Made by a program: the position numbers and the translations under genes. Below are positions 9,284 to 19,820 of a stretch of DNA of 60,196 nt, piece by piece. Source of the DNA: a bacterium (GTDB lineage Bacteria > Cyanobacteriota > Vampirovibrionia > Obscuribacterales > JAKAZS01); the NCBI GenBank assembly GCA_021815785.1, contig JAKAZS010000005.1, positions 1 to 60,196 on the forward strand. The letters are read 5' to 3'. The notes under the pieces were generated by a model. The model worked only from the letters and a program-made list of their open reading frames with translations. It was not told where the DNA came from and did not search any database. Position 1 is the first letter of the stretch; each line of letters opens with the position of its first letter.

Positions 9284-10011
9284 TATTTCTTACAAGCATC
9301 GACAAATTTACGGGTAATTAATATAGGTCGGGTAATTGCCGAACCAACTACAACTGCCTTAGCTTTGCATTTAAAAGCAATTATGATATCATCTGGCGTT
9401 GACACATGTCCTTCTAAAATAATTGGAATAGTAAGTTCCCTCGCTAAAATTTCCAGTAAAGCAAAAGCTGGTCCAGAAGCTATTGCTTTAGTTTCATCAG
9501 TATAACCATACAACGTAGTAGAAATAATATCACACCCTAAATTACTAGCATTAATAGCTTCACTATAAGTAGCGATATCAGCCCATACCGGAAGCTCTAA
9601 GTCGTTATGAATATAGTCAATTAAGGTTTTTAAATCACAATCAGAGCCACGGTAGCGAATTGTTGCGTCAATAGCAATTAGATCGCACCCAGCATTTTTT
9701 AAGGCCAAAGCATCATTAATAGTACGAGTAATATATACTTTATGATATTTATCAGCTTCACTAATATCATCTTTAGTTAAACCGATAATAGGAGCAACAG
9801 TTTGATGCCTTAAATATTGAATATTTTTAACACCTTCAAGCCTTAAAGCTTTAGCACCTCCAAGCAGACAAGATTGTGCTAAAGCATTAATATGAATCGG
9901 CTCATTTAGCGGTTCACCGTAACTTGCCTGACAAGAAGCTATAATACCACCATCAATTATTTGTAAAATATATTTTAGTTTTTCTTGATAAGTCATCCTG
10001 ATTCTTGCCAA
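9283..10011 (-). CDS. nanE: Putative N-acetylmannosamine-6-phosphate 2-epimerase
   Basis: GGIIASCQASYGEPLN... and ...ISTTLYGYT... match the NanE TIM-barrel family pattern. Its stop overlaps the rhomboid start (TAATG). Confidence 0.7.
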   Translation of the reverse strand: MARIRMTYQEKLKYILQIIDGGIIASCQASYGEPLNEPIHINALAQSCLLGGAKALRLEGVKNIQYLRHQTVAPIIGLTKDDISEADKYHKVYITRTINDALALKNAGCDLIAIDATIRYRGSDCDLKTLIDYIHNDLELPVWADIATYSEAINASNLGCDIISTTLYGYTDETKAIASGPAFALLEILARELTIPIILEGHVSTPDDIIIAFKCKAKAVVVGSAITRPILITRKFVDACKK

Positions 10012-10130
10012 CTATTCTCTCAATAATAATATAGCATGCTTTAGCTACAATAAAAATAATAATCAATGTTAATTTTTTGTACCCATAAACATACACCTCA
10101 TTTAGATTACAAATGTCAATTGAAAATTAT

Positions 10131-11579
10131 TTACATTTTAAAACTAGCATATTTAACTTTGACCATTTCCTGCATTGTATATTTAACACCTTCTAAACCT
10201 AAACCTGAGTCCTTGCGTCCTCCATAGGGGATATGATCACTACGAAATGTTGGTGGATCATTAACTAAAACTCCAGTGGTATCAATATTATGAATCGCAT
10301 TAAAAGCAATATCTAGCGAATTAGTATAGATGGAAGCTTGAATACCATAGTTCGAGTCATTAACATAAGCTATAGCTTGATCAATACTATCATAGCTGTT
10401 AATACTAACAATCGGACCAAAAACTTCTTCACAGACCACTTTCATTTGACTAGTAGTATTAGTTAAGATGGTTGGGGTAAAAATATTATGATCTTTTTGT
10501 TCGCCTTGTAATAATACCTTAGCGCCTTGTTTTATAGCTTCATTTATAAATAACGCTGTATTTTGACAGGCTTCACTATTAATCATTGGACCCATTTCAA
10601 CACTATCATCTAAAGGGTTGCCATATTTAATTTGTTTAACCGCATCAATAAATAATTTAGTAAATTCAACCGCAATATCTTGATGAACATAAATGCGTTG
10701 AACCGAAATACAAATTTGTCCAGCATGAGAAAATGCTCCTTTACACAACCCCTGAACAGCCAAAGCAATATTGGCATCACAATGTACAATACTAGCAGCA
10801 TTGCCTCCTAATTCCATAATACATTTAACACCATTAGCCACATTTTTTGTTATATTCCAACCTACACTAGGCGATCCGGTAAAAGTAAGTGCTTTAATTT
10901 TAGGGCTTTCAACTAACCTATTAGTATCACTACCTTTAAGACATAAAACAATTAAGGCATTTTCCGGAAGTCCAGCCATAATTAAAATTTCCTGTAAAAC
11001 AAGCGCTGTTATGGGTGTTTGACTGGCCGGTTTAAGAATAACCGTATTGCCGCAAGCAATAGCTGGAGCAAGTTTGTGAGCTACAAGATTTAAGGGAAAA
11101 TTAAACGGCGTAATGGCTAACACTATTCCTAATGGTTCATAAGTCAGATAAGCCATACGGCCATCACTTAAAGGACTTACATCCATGGGAATTTGCCTAC
11201 CTTCATCCGTCAAAATTAATCTTGCAGCAATTTCAAAGGTATTTACCGCACGAGCAACTTCCATTTTCGCATCATTAATTGGCTTACCACCTTCGAGAGC
11301 AATAATATTAGCCAATTCTTGGCTACGCTGACTTAACAGTCCAGCCGTTTTAATCAAAATTCGGGACCGTTCATAAGCTTTTGATTTGGACATTTTATTT
11401 ACAAAACAATTTTGAGACAAAGTCAGGGCTTCCTGGACTAATGCTTCATTAGCCAAGCCAACTTTAGCTACAACCGATTGATCATAAGGATTCAAAACTT
11501 CAAAAAAGCTATTACTACTTTTACTGCCTACTTTCAAACCATATTCTTTAATGGGGTTATTTTCGATAACTTTAGCCAT
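10131..11579 (-). CDS. NAD(P)+-dependent aldehyde dehydrogenase family protein
   Basis: ALDH signatures FTGSPSVG, MELGGNA and catalytic-Cys context GQICISVQR; 482 aa. Confidence 0.85.
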   Translation of the reverse strand: MAKVIENNPIKEYGLKVGSKSSNSFFEVLNPYDQSVVAKVGLANEALVQEALTLSQNCFVNKMSKSKAYERSRILIKTAGLLSQRSQELANIIALEGGKPINDAKMEVARAVNTFEIAARLILTDEGRQIPMDVSPLSDGRMAYLTYEPLGIVLAITPFNFPLNLVAHKLAPAIACGNTVILKPASQTPITALVLQEILIMAGLPENALIVLCLKGSDTNRLVESPKIKALTFTGSPSVGWNITKNVANGVKCIMELGGNAASIVHCDANIALAVQGLCKGAFSHAGQICISVQRIYVHQDIAVEFTKLFIDAVKQIKYGNPLDDSVEMGPMINSEACQNTALFINEAIKQGAKVLLQGEQKDHNIFTPTILTNTTSQMKVVCEEVFGPIVSINSYDSIDQAIAYVNDSNYGIQASIYTNSLDIAFNAIHNIDTTGVLVNDPPTFRSDHIPYGGRKDSGLGLEGVKYTMQEMVKVKYASFKM

Positions 11580-12000
11580 CAGACACTCCTTAAAATTTCT
11601 CTATATTAAATATCCTATTGACACTGAAAATTCCGGTTACGCTTTAATAAAATAATAAAAATTGCACGATCTTGATTATGCCAAATTTATAGTTTATAAA
11701 AATATCTACAATTATCACATATTTAAATTTTAGTTATAAGTAAACCATCTAATATAACCTTATTGAACTAATAATTAGCCAGAAAAGATTAAAAAATAAT
11801 TATTTTTACCAAGACTAAAGTCAAAAGCCTAATCTTAAATTTTTACGAATCAACCATTTTACAGTGAATCTGATTATATTTGTCTAAAGTGTTGGAGTTT
11901 TAAATTTTATCTAATACTTAAGCCTAAAAAATAAATTAAAATAGAACCTATTAATACTCCTTAATTTACAATTTTATTAATCTCTTAAACAGACCACTTA

Positions 12001-13173
12001 ATGACTAAACGATTAACTAATTTGGCTAAGATCATTAAAACAATGTTAATAATTTGTTTGGCTTCAACATTGCCAGCACTAGGTTATGAACGAAGTAATC
12101 ATCTGGTTAGTCCAGATACCAAAACCCGTCTCAAACAAATTGAAATTAAACGCAAAGAATTACAAAAAAAACTATCGCTAACCAAAAAGAAAGAAAGAAT
12201 AGCCATTCTTCAATTAAATTTTTTAAAAAGTAAATTGAATAAAACTACCAAAGTTTTAAATAATAGCAAAAACGAATTAAATCATACCGATTCAGCCTTA
12301 AATCAATGTCAGGAAAAATTAGCCAAAACTCAAGATAATTACACCGATTTTACCAAACAAGCCTCGTATCGTTTACGCCAAATTTATGAAGGTCATCGCA
12401 TTGGTTTTATCGAAATGCTTTTCCAGGTGAATTCACTACCCTCATTACTTGATTTTCTCTATTATCAGGAAAAAATTGCTAATGAAGACAAGAATTTACT
12501 CGAATCGTTAAAGGCTAAATCCGATGCTCTTAACCAAGCCAAAAACAATTTAGGCAACAAAAAAAGTTGGTTAGAAAACTTTGTTGATGAAGTTGCCCAA
12601 AGAGCTAGGGCCATTTTTCAAGCCAAAGAAACTCAAGAAGAAATGGCTCGTAAATTACAATCACAGCGTGAGTTTTATGAACAGGCCGAACGTCAATTAG
12701 AAATAGAATCAAAACGTTTAGAAACCCATATTAATACAATGGAATCAAACTATGAAAAATCGACAGTAACCAAACGAGCAGGCACTGGTCATTTTAAATT
12801 ACCAATCACAGCTCGCATGTCATGTCCCTTTGGTTGGCGGGTTCACCCAATTTTTCGTACCCGTAAATTTCATACTGGTGTAGATTTGGCCGGAAAAAAT
12901 AAAACCCCTGTACACGCAGCTGACAATGGTCATGTTTTATTTACTGGCTGGTATGGTGGCTATGGCAAAGTAGTCATCATTAGTCATGGCAATGAGCTTT
13001 CTACTTTATATGCCCATATGTCACAAGTAGCTGTATCAGCTGGTGAGAATGTTAATCAAGGCGACATAGTTGGTTACGAAGGCAGTACAGGATTTTCTAC
13101 GGGACCTCATGTTCACTTTGAAGTACGCGTAAAAGGCAAACCCAATAACCCCCTTAATTATGTTAGCAATTAA
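12001..13173 (+). CDS. M23-family peptidoglycan metalloendopeptidase with N-terminal coiled coil (EnvC-like)
   Basis: Signal/anchor, a long coiled-coil region, then HTGVDLAG...GYGKVVIISHG..LSTLYAHMS...GSTGFSTGPHVHFEV. Confidence 0.85.
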   Translation: MTKRLTNLAKIIKTMLIICLASTLPALGYERSNHLVSPDTKTRLKQIEIKRKELQKKLSLTKKKERIAILQLNFLKSKLNKTTKVLNNSKNELNHTDSALNQCQEKLAKTQDNYTDFTKQASYRLRQIYEGHRIGFIEMLFQVNSLPSLLDFLYYQEKIANEDKNLLESLKAKSDALNQAKNNLGNKKSWLENFVDEVAQRARAIFQAKETQEEMARKLQSQREFYEQAERQLEIESKRLETHINTMESNYEKSTVTKRAGTGHFKLPITARMSCPFGWRVHPIFRTRKFHTGVDLAGKNKTPVHAADNGHVLFTGWYGGYGKVVIISHGNELSTLYAHMSQVAVSAGENVNQGDIVGYEGSTGFSTGPHVHFEVRVKGKPNNPLNYVSN

Positions 13174-13235
13174 TACTGTCAATATAATTAAGGACACTAA
13201 CAGCAGCAATAAAACCGCTAGGTTCTGTGTTATCT

Positions 13236-14084
13236 TCACTGATTTAAGCCAAATTCACCAAATAAAGGCTGCACCGAAGCATTAATTTCATCACTACCCT
13301 GATTAAGCAAAGTATAAAAATCATCTTCTTCAAAATTATCCATCTCAAGTTTTTTCGCTAATTCATCAATAGTCATTTTCAAGTCCTTTTCAAGCAAAAC
13401 TAATATTGCTTTAGCCCGATCAGCCCAAACCACCAAATCAATAATTGCTTGATTAATATTAGAATTATCTTGCAATAATTTATCGATAACCCATGATGGT
13501 AAAGTATCCAGATTAATACTTTTACTATTTTCATTAGGTTCAATCGTAACAACTAATTTTTGATTAATTAATTTATACAATAAATCAATTAATTCGTTAA
13601 GGCTTAAATTAAGCGATTCAAAAGCTTTGGCAATGGTATTAATACCATTTAAGCGGTCAATAATAAATTTAAGGAAATTATCACTGCTTTGCGATAATAA
13701 ATTATAAGCATCAGATGTTGGGATCAAAACCGAATTAACCGTTATACCAAGTTCATTTAAAAAAATTCGCTTCTTAACATATTCAACCCCAGACTGAATA
13801 ATACCAGCAGGTTCCATATTAATAATTAGGGGAAAATTTAAACCGCCAATATCATTATTTTCTTCATAAAAAAAATTTGCTTCTTGCCAGAGAAAAATTT
13901 CTAATATGGCATCTAGCCCAATTAACACACCTAAAGTAGCATAGACAGGCATACCATCAAGCAAAAAGACTTCAGCTATTTCAATGCCTTCTTGTATAGT
14001 AAGTTTTCCATTAAGTTTACTATTAAAACTTAAATTTAACAGTGTAGCAAAATTAATTTTCGAAAAATCACCAGATAATTGCAT
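13236..14084 (-). CDS. DUF4388 (PATAN)-domain protein
   Basis: The N-terminus LSGDFSKINFATLLNLSFNSKLNGKLTI...VFLLDGMPVYA fits the PATAN/DUF4388 pattern. No receiver domain is attached. Confidence 0.5.
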   Translation of the reverse strand: MQLSGDFSKINFATLLNLSFNSKLNGKLTIQEGIEIAEVFLLDGMPVYATLGVLIGLDAILEIFLWQEANFFYEENNDIGGLNFPLIINMEPAGIIQSGVEYVKKRIFLNELGITVNSVLIPTSDAYNLLSQSSDNFLKFIIDRLNGINTIAKAFESLNLSLNELIDLLYKLINQKLVVTIEPNENSKSINLDTLPSWVIDKLLQDNSNINQAIIDLVVWADRAKAILVLLEKDLKMTIDELAKKLEMDNFEEDDFYTLLNQGSDEINASVQPLFGEFGLNQ

Positions 14085-14216
14085 AATTAAAACTTTAATT
14101 TATAAGTCAACTAATTTTATTTTATAAAAGTAAAATTAGATTACCATATATAATGGGAATTGGTAAATATAAGCTAGAATTTACCTGATAAAAGCTTAAA
14201 AAATTTGGAGGATGGC

Positions 14217-15683
14217 ATGGATCAAAATCAAAACCTAGAAGTCAAGTCTACTGATTTAGACGGTCTCTTAGACGCTCAAGAGGATGAAAGTTCTAAATGG
14301 TATACTAAGACTATCATTCAATCAGAACTTGCTGACTATTCACCAGTTAAAGGCTGTATGGTTATCCGACCATACGGTTATGCCTTATGGGAAAATATCC
14401 AGCGCGTCCTTGACAAGATGATTAAAGATACCGGTCATCAAAATGCCTACTTTCCTTTATTTATACCAGAATCATTTTTAAATAAGGAAAAACAGCACGT
14501 TGAGGGTTTTGCTCCAGAATGTGCCGTAGTAACCCATGGCGGGGGTAAAAAATTAGAAGAGCCTTTAATTGTCAGACCAACATCCGAAACCATTATTAAC
14601 CATATGTTTGCCAAATGGGTTCAATCATGGCGCGATTTACCATTATTGATTAACCAATGGGCTAATGTTGTACGCTGGGAACTAAGAACCAGAATGTTTT
14701 TGCGCACTACAGAATTTTTATGGCAAGAAGGTCATACCGCTCATGCTAGCGAAGCTGAAGCCAGGCATGAATCGTTAAAAATGCTCGACGTTTATAAAAC
14801 CTTGGCACAGGACTACCTTGCCTTACCAGTTTTAACTGGGGAAAAAACTGAAAACGAGCGCTTTGCTGGAGCCGTCAACACCTATGCGATTGAAGCCATA
14901 ATGCGGGATGGCAAAGCTTTGCAGGCAGGGACGTCACATTACCTGGGTCAAAATTTTGCCAAAGCCTTTGAAATACAATTCCAAAATGCTGATGGCGAAT
15001 TAGAATTTGCCTACCAGACTAGTTGGGGAGTATCAACTCGGCTAATTGGCGCTATTATTTTAGGGCATGGTGATACAAAAGGATTAATCCTGCCCCCTAA
15101 AATTGCGCCAATTCAAGTTGTAATTGTGCCAATATATAAAAATGACAACGAGAAAACCACTGTTTTAGAAACCTGCCATAATTTAATTAAAAACTTAAAA
15201 GAGAAAATACGCATTCACCTAGACGATCGCGATAATTATACCCCAGGCTTTAAATTTAATCATTGGGAACAACGTGGTATTCCGCTAAGATTAAATATTG
15301 GCCCTAAAGATGTCGCCAACAACTGTGTTGAAATGGTATTACGCATTGATGGTCAAAAAATCCCGAAAACCCCACTAGCTGATCTCGAAAATATTTTAAT
15401 TGGCTATTTAGAGAAGGAACAACAGCGCTTATTTGATCGAGCCTTAAGTTATCGTCAAGAAAACACCCATACCGTAAAATCAATAGCTGAATTATCTGAA
15501 CTAATCGCCAAAAGCCCTTGCTTTATTCAAGCTTATTGGCAAGGGGATTCTCATAATGAGCAACAAATCAAACAAGATACTGGTGCCACCATTAGAGTTC
15601 TCATGGATAGTAACGTTATCGGAAAATGCATCTTAACTGGCAAAGAAACAAGCAAAATAGCCATTTTTGCAAAAGCTTATTAG
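14217..15683 (+). CDS. proS: Prolyl-tRNA synthetase, short archaeal/eukaryote-like type
   Basis: WYTKTIIQSELADYSPVKGCMVIRPYG, class II motifs and the C-terminal Tyr (...FAKAY) fit this type, which lacks an editing-domain insertion. The track ORF starts at TTG 14205. ATG 14217 is preceded by GGAGGA and is the likelier start. Confidence 0.9.
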   Translation: MDQNQNLEVKSTDLDGLLDAQEDESSKWYTKTIIQSELADYSPVKGCMVIRPYGYALWENIQRVLDKMIKDTGHQNAYFPLFIPESFLNKEKQHVEGFAPECAVVTHGGGKKLEEPLIVRPTSETIINHMFAKWVQSWRDLPLLINQWANVVRWELRTRMFLRTTEFLWQEGHTAHASEAEARHESLKMLDVYKTLAQDYLALPVLTGEKTENERFAGAVNTYAIEAIMRDGKALQAGTSHYLGQNFAKAFEIQFQNADGELEFAYQTSWGVSTRLIGAIILGHGDTKGLILPPKIAPIQVVIVPIYKNDNEKTTVLETCHNLIKNLKEKIRIHLDDRDNYTPGFKFNHWEQRGIPLRLNIGPKDVANNCVEMVLRIDGQKIPKTPLADLENILIGYLEKEQQRLFDRALSYRQENTHTVKSIAELSELIAKSPCFIQAYWQGDSHNEQQIKQDTGATIRVLMDSNVIGKCILTGKETSKIAIFAKAY

Positions 15684-15872
15684 AATGTTCAAAACTTATT
15701 CTTGAGATGTTAATAATATGTAGTACTTTGAAAACAAGTATTATTAGTTATTGATAAAAAATACACCACCTGAAGTTACAAAATTACTTAACTCGATAAA
15801 ATTTAAATTTACATTACAAAAAAATAATATATAATAAACTTAGATATCCAAATAATTTTAGGTAAAGCAAAA

Positions 15873-16175
15873 ATGGAATCAGCTTTCTGGATGATAATTA
15901 CTTTTTTGATATTTTTTGGTTTACCTAGTTTATTTTTAGCTGGTTGCTATAATTTATTAAGCCCGCTTATTAAAGTTCTGGTTAAACGGCTTGAGCCAAA
16001 ATCAGATGATGTACTTAAAATCAAAGACTTTAATGACTTAATTGCCAAACTTAATTTACTCGAACAAGAAATTCAGGAACACAAACATAAACTTATCCTA
16101 CTTGAAGATAGTAATAATTTTTACCATAATTTACTTGAAGCCGAAATGAAGGCGGCTAAATCCAATACCAATTAA
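15873..16175 (+). CDS. Small membrane-anchored coiled-coil protein (hypothetical)
   Basis: One N-terminal TM segment followed by a heptad-like helical region; no family recognised. Confidence 0.4.
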   Translation: MESAFWMIITFLIFFGLPSLFLAGCYNLLSPLIKVLVKRLEPKSDDVLKIKDFNDLIAKLNLLEQEIQEHKHKLILLEDSNNFYHNLLEAEMKAAKSNTN

Positions 16176-16240
16176 ACTTTTTAACGAATATTTGGCATTT
16201 TACGATTAGACTATAAGTAACTTTCACCCCCATTAATTAT

Positions 16241-17761
16241 ATGAAAACATTTTTAGGTATTGATATTGGTACTTCAAGCGTTAAAATAATTGCTATTAAT
16301 GAAACTTTAGATTTAATTGGTGAATCGAGTTACCCTTATCCAACCGATTATCCCAAACCATTTTGGAGCGAACAGGATCCTGAATTATGGTGGCAAGCAA
16401 CTAAAATTGCCTTAAACCAACTTTTAAGCTTACACAAAATCTTACCCGAAACAATAGCCGCAATTGGTTTAACTGGGCAAATGCACTCGCTGGTAGCAAT
16501 TGATCACCATAATCAAATAATTCGTAACGCAATTTTATGGAACGATCAACGCTCCAGCTTTGAAACCAAATACATTAATGAAATAGCTGGTGGGCAAAAT
16601 AAGCTTATTGATTTAGTAGCCAACCGTTCCATTACTGGATTTACTCTAAGTAAATTATTATGGCTTAAACATAATGAATCAGCTAATTTTGCACAGATTC
16701 ATAAAATTCTATTACCTAAAGATGAAATTCGCAGGCGTTTAACCAATGATTACGCCACCGATGTAAGTGACGCCAGTGGTACTTTAATGTTTGATGTTAA
16801 AAATCGTAAATGGTCAAATGAAATTTTAGAATTATTTAAAATCAACCCCAAAATTCTACCTCACGTGTATGAATCAGCTCAAATAACCGGATATGTTTCA
16901 CAATTAGCCCGCAACGAATTAGGCCTAAATATAAACTGCCCAGTTGTTGCTGGAGCTGGTGATTGCATAGCAGCAGCGATCGGGTTAGGTGTTGTCGATG
17001 ATGGGATTTTAGCCATTTCACTAGGCACAAGTGGAATTCTCATGGCGAGCACCTCTAATCCGTTAATTGATTATTCTGGCCGTCTTCATAGTTTTTGTCA
17101 TGGGATTGAGCATAAATGGCATATTATGGGGGTAAATTTAACTGGCGGTGGCTCTTTGAAATGGTTTAAAGAAGCTTTATATCCAGATGATGACAAATTT
17201 TATGATGCCATTGATCATAATATTAAGGATATAAATCCAGGATCGTCTGGACTTTTCTTTCTGCCTTATCTTAATGGCGAACGAACACCACATTTTAATG
17301 CTAATGCTCACGGTGCCTATATTGGCTTAACACTTAAACATAACAAAGGACATTTTTTAAGGGCTTTGATGGAAGGTGTTGCCTATAATTTACGTCAAAC
17401 GCTTGAAATTATGAAAGAAATCCCTATTCCCATATCCCAAATTCGCGTTACCGGAGGCGGTCTTAAAAATCAGCTCTGGCTTAATATCTTAAGCGACATC
17501 CTTGGCTATAACTTAATTAAACTTAAATCGGACCAAGGCCCAGCCATTGGTGCAGCCCTTCTAGCCGGACAGGGCAGTAATTATTTTAACAATATTGAGG
17601 ACAATGCCACTAGGCTTGCCAAGAGCATTGAAACGGTTCAGGTAAATGAAACCAACCATCAATTTTATCAACATAGTTACCGAATTTTCCAAGACTTATA
17701 TAAGGCCTTAGAAAACCCTTATAACGAAATTGCTAATTTATATAACAATACGAATTATTAA
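16241..17761 (+). CDS. xylB: FGGY-family carbohydrate kinase, xylulokinase-like
   Basis: LGIDIGTSSVKIIA N-terminal phosphate-1 motif, WNDQRS, and the FGGY C-terminal GGG...W motif; 506 aa. No xylA is adjacent. Confidence 0.7.
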   Translation: MKTFLGIDIGTSSVKIIAINETLDLIGESSYPYPTDYPKPFWSEQDPELWWQATKIALNQLLSLHKILPETIAAIGLTGQMHSLVAIDHHNQIIRNAILWNDQRSSFETKYINEIAGGQNKLIDLVANRSITGFTLSKLLWLKHNESANFAQIHKILLPKDEIRRRLTNDYATDVSDASGTLMFDVKNRKWSNEILELFKINPKILPHVYESAQITGYVSQLARNELGLNINCPVVAGAGDCIAAAIGLGVVDDGILAISLGTSGILMASTSNPLIDYSGRLHSFCHGIEHKWHIMGVNLTGGGSLKWFKEALYPDDDKFYDAIDHNIKDINPGSSGLFFLPYLNGERTPHFNANAHGAYIGLTLKHNKGHFLRALMEGVAYNLRQTLEIMKEIPIPISQIRVTGGGLKNQLWLNILSDILGYNLIKLKSDQGPAIGAALLAGQGSNYFNNIEDNATRLAKSIETVQVNETNHQFYQHSYRIFQDLYKALENPYNEIANLYNNTNY

Positions 17762-17883
17762 CAAAAATAGCCAAATAAATTAAAATATAAAAGTTCAACT
17801 ATCTTTTATTATTAATTTAAAACTCAACATAAGAAATTTAGTTATATTTGATATTTTAGTGTTAATGAAATAGGATTTTAAAT

Positions 17884-19746
17884 GTGGCTGAAAACATACT
17901 AGTTTTAGTAAGTGATCTTATTACCCAAAACCGCTTTGATGAAGCCTATGTTATATTAGCCTCACACTGTGAACAAAATCCTCAAGATCCTATCTTAGAG
18001 TTTAAGGCCGGTTGGCTTAGTTACCAGATTGGCCGTTATGAAGATGCCGAACGTCATTTAAAGAGTTCGTTATCCTCACAAATGGCTAATCCTGATGCCC
18101 ATTATTATTTAGGCTTAACTTTATTAAAAGAAAATCGCCCCAAAGAAGCCATGCCTGAATTTCGCGAGACCTGTGAACGCAAACCCGACTTTGCCGTTGG
18201 TCATTTACACTGGGGCATTTGCCTTTATCAGTCTAAATCTTACAAAGGTGCCTTAGGTCAATTCAAACAGGCTATAGCTCTAAATCCAAATTTAGCTTCA
18301 GCCTTTTACTACGCTGGAACCGTAAGTCTTGATTTAGGTATTTATGAAGACGCCATAATGTATTTTGAAAACAGTTTAAAAATCGATCCTGATTTATTTA
18401 ATAGTTATATTAACCTTTCAGCAGCCTATTTAAACATTGATAACCCTGGTAAGGCCATAGAGATTTTAACCAAAGCTGCCAAAATTAATGATAAAGATTA
18501 TTTATTACATAAAATCTGGGCACAATGCCTGTTTAAACTAGGTCAACATCAAGAATCGCTAAAGCACTTTCAAGAAGCCTTAAATAATAATGCCAAATCT
18601 TTAAAGGCTCAAGATCGGGCCTTATTATTTAATGATTTAGCAGTAAATTTATTTAGTCTCAACCTTATTGAAGATGCCTGTGAAAAACTATTCGAAGCCA
18701 TCCAGGTAGATAATAACCTGATACCAGCCAGATTAAATTTAGGTTTAGCCCAAGGAGCGCTGGGTGAGTATGAATTATCCCAAGGCACACTTTTAGCTAT
18801 TGAAAAAGCGCCCAGTGATATTTTGAATTATTATGGTGGCATTAATCATTTAGTTATGGGGCATTACGAAGAAGCAAGCATAATGCTAACCCAGATAACT
18901 AATGAAGCCCTTCCGGCAATTAATTATTTTAAAGGTTTAAGTTTGCTTGCTAATGAAAATTTAGACCAGGCCTTGCTTTTTTTCAATAAAGCCAGTCTTG
19001 ATAACTTTACCAATTATTTGGCCTATGATGCTTTAGGCTGTTTATATACTATGCTCGGAGATTACCCTAAATCCATCGAATCTTTTCAATTAAGCCTTTC
19101 GCTCAACAGTAATTTTGCTATGGCACATTTACATTTAGCGCAAAGTTTATTGATAACGGAACGCTGGGATGTAGCTATTTTAGAAATATACAAGGCGATA
19201 GAATTGGATCCGGATTGTATGGAAAATCAAAAAAAATTAATTGAACGATTGATCAATGCTGAAAAATATGAAATTGCCTTTGCCTTAAGCAATATGTACG
19301 CCAAAATTATTACTATTGATTTTGAATTTGCCATATTTGAAGCTAGAATATTAAAAAATCAGGAAAAATATGAAGAAGCTTTAGAAATTCTCAATACCAT
19401 TATTACGGCTCAAAACGAAACTGGCGCTTACTCAGTAAAACATCCGGCTAGTGCCCATTTATTATCTGGGCAAATCCATCTTCATTTAGGTAGAGCAGCT
19501 GAAGCCGATTATATGTTTCGAGCTGCAGCCAATTTAGATGATAATGACGCCCAACTTTATTATTCATGGGGCAAAACATTGTCAATGCTAGGATTGAATG
19601 AATTTGCCGTCGAAAAATATGAAAAGGCGAATCAACTTGATCCTTATGATCCAGCAATCTATGAGGCCTGGGCCAACGCATTAAAAACCATCGGTAAATT
19701 TGACGTAGCTGCGCAAGTGTATAAAATGGCTTCAGAATATATTTAA
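17884..19746 (+). CDS. Tetratricopeptide (TPR) repeat protein
   Basis: Many 34-aa A..Y..G/A..P-type repeats throughout; GTG start. Confidence 0.8.
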   Translation: MAENILVLVSDLITQNRFDEAYVILASHCEQNPQDPILEFKAGWLSYQIGRYEDAERHLKSSLSSQMANPDAHYYLGLTLLKENRPKEAMPEFRETCERKPDFAVGHLHWGICLYQSKSYKGALGQFKQAIALNPNLASAFYYAGTVSLDLGIYEDAIMYFENSLKIDPDLFNSYINLSAAYLNIDNPGKAIEILTKAAKINDKDYLLHKIWAQCLFKLGQHQESLKHFQEALNNNAKSLKAQDRALLFNDLAVNLFSLNLIEDACEKLFEAIQVDNNLIPARLNLGLAQGALGEYELSQGTLLAIEKAPSDILNYYGGINHLVMGHYEEASIMLTQITNEALPAINYFKGLSLLANENLDQALLFFNKASLDNFTNYLAYDALGCLYTMLGDYPKSIESFQLSLSLNSNFAMAHLHLAQSLLITERWDVAILEIYKAIELDPDCMENQKKLIERLINAEKYEIAFALSNMYAKIITIDFEFAIFEARILKNQEKYEEALEILNTIITAQNETGAYSVKHPASAHLLSGQIHLHLGRAAEADYMFRAAANLDDNDAQLYYSWGKTLSMLGLNEFAVEKYEKANQLDPYDPAIYEAWANALKTIGKFDVAAQVYKMASEYI

Positions 19747-19820
19747 TTTTTATGATAAAATAACCTTATAATTGAACTGGTAACTATATTTTAATCAAAT
19801 AAATCCAGGACTTAATCAAA

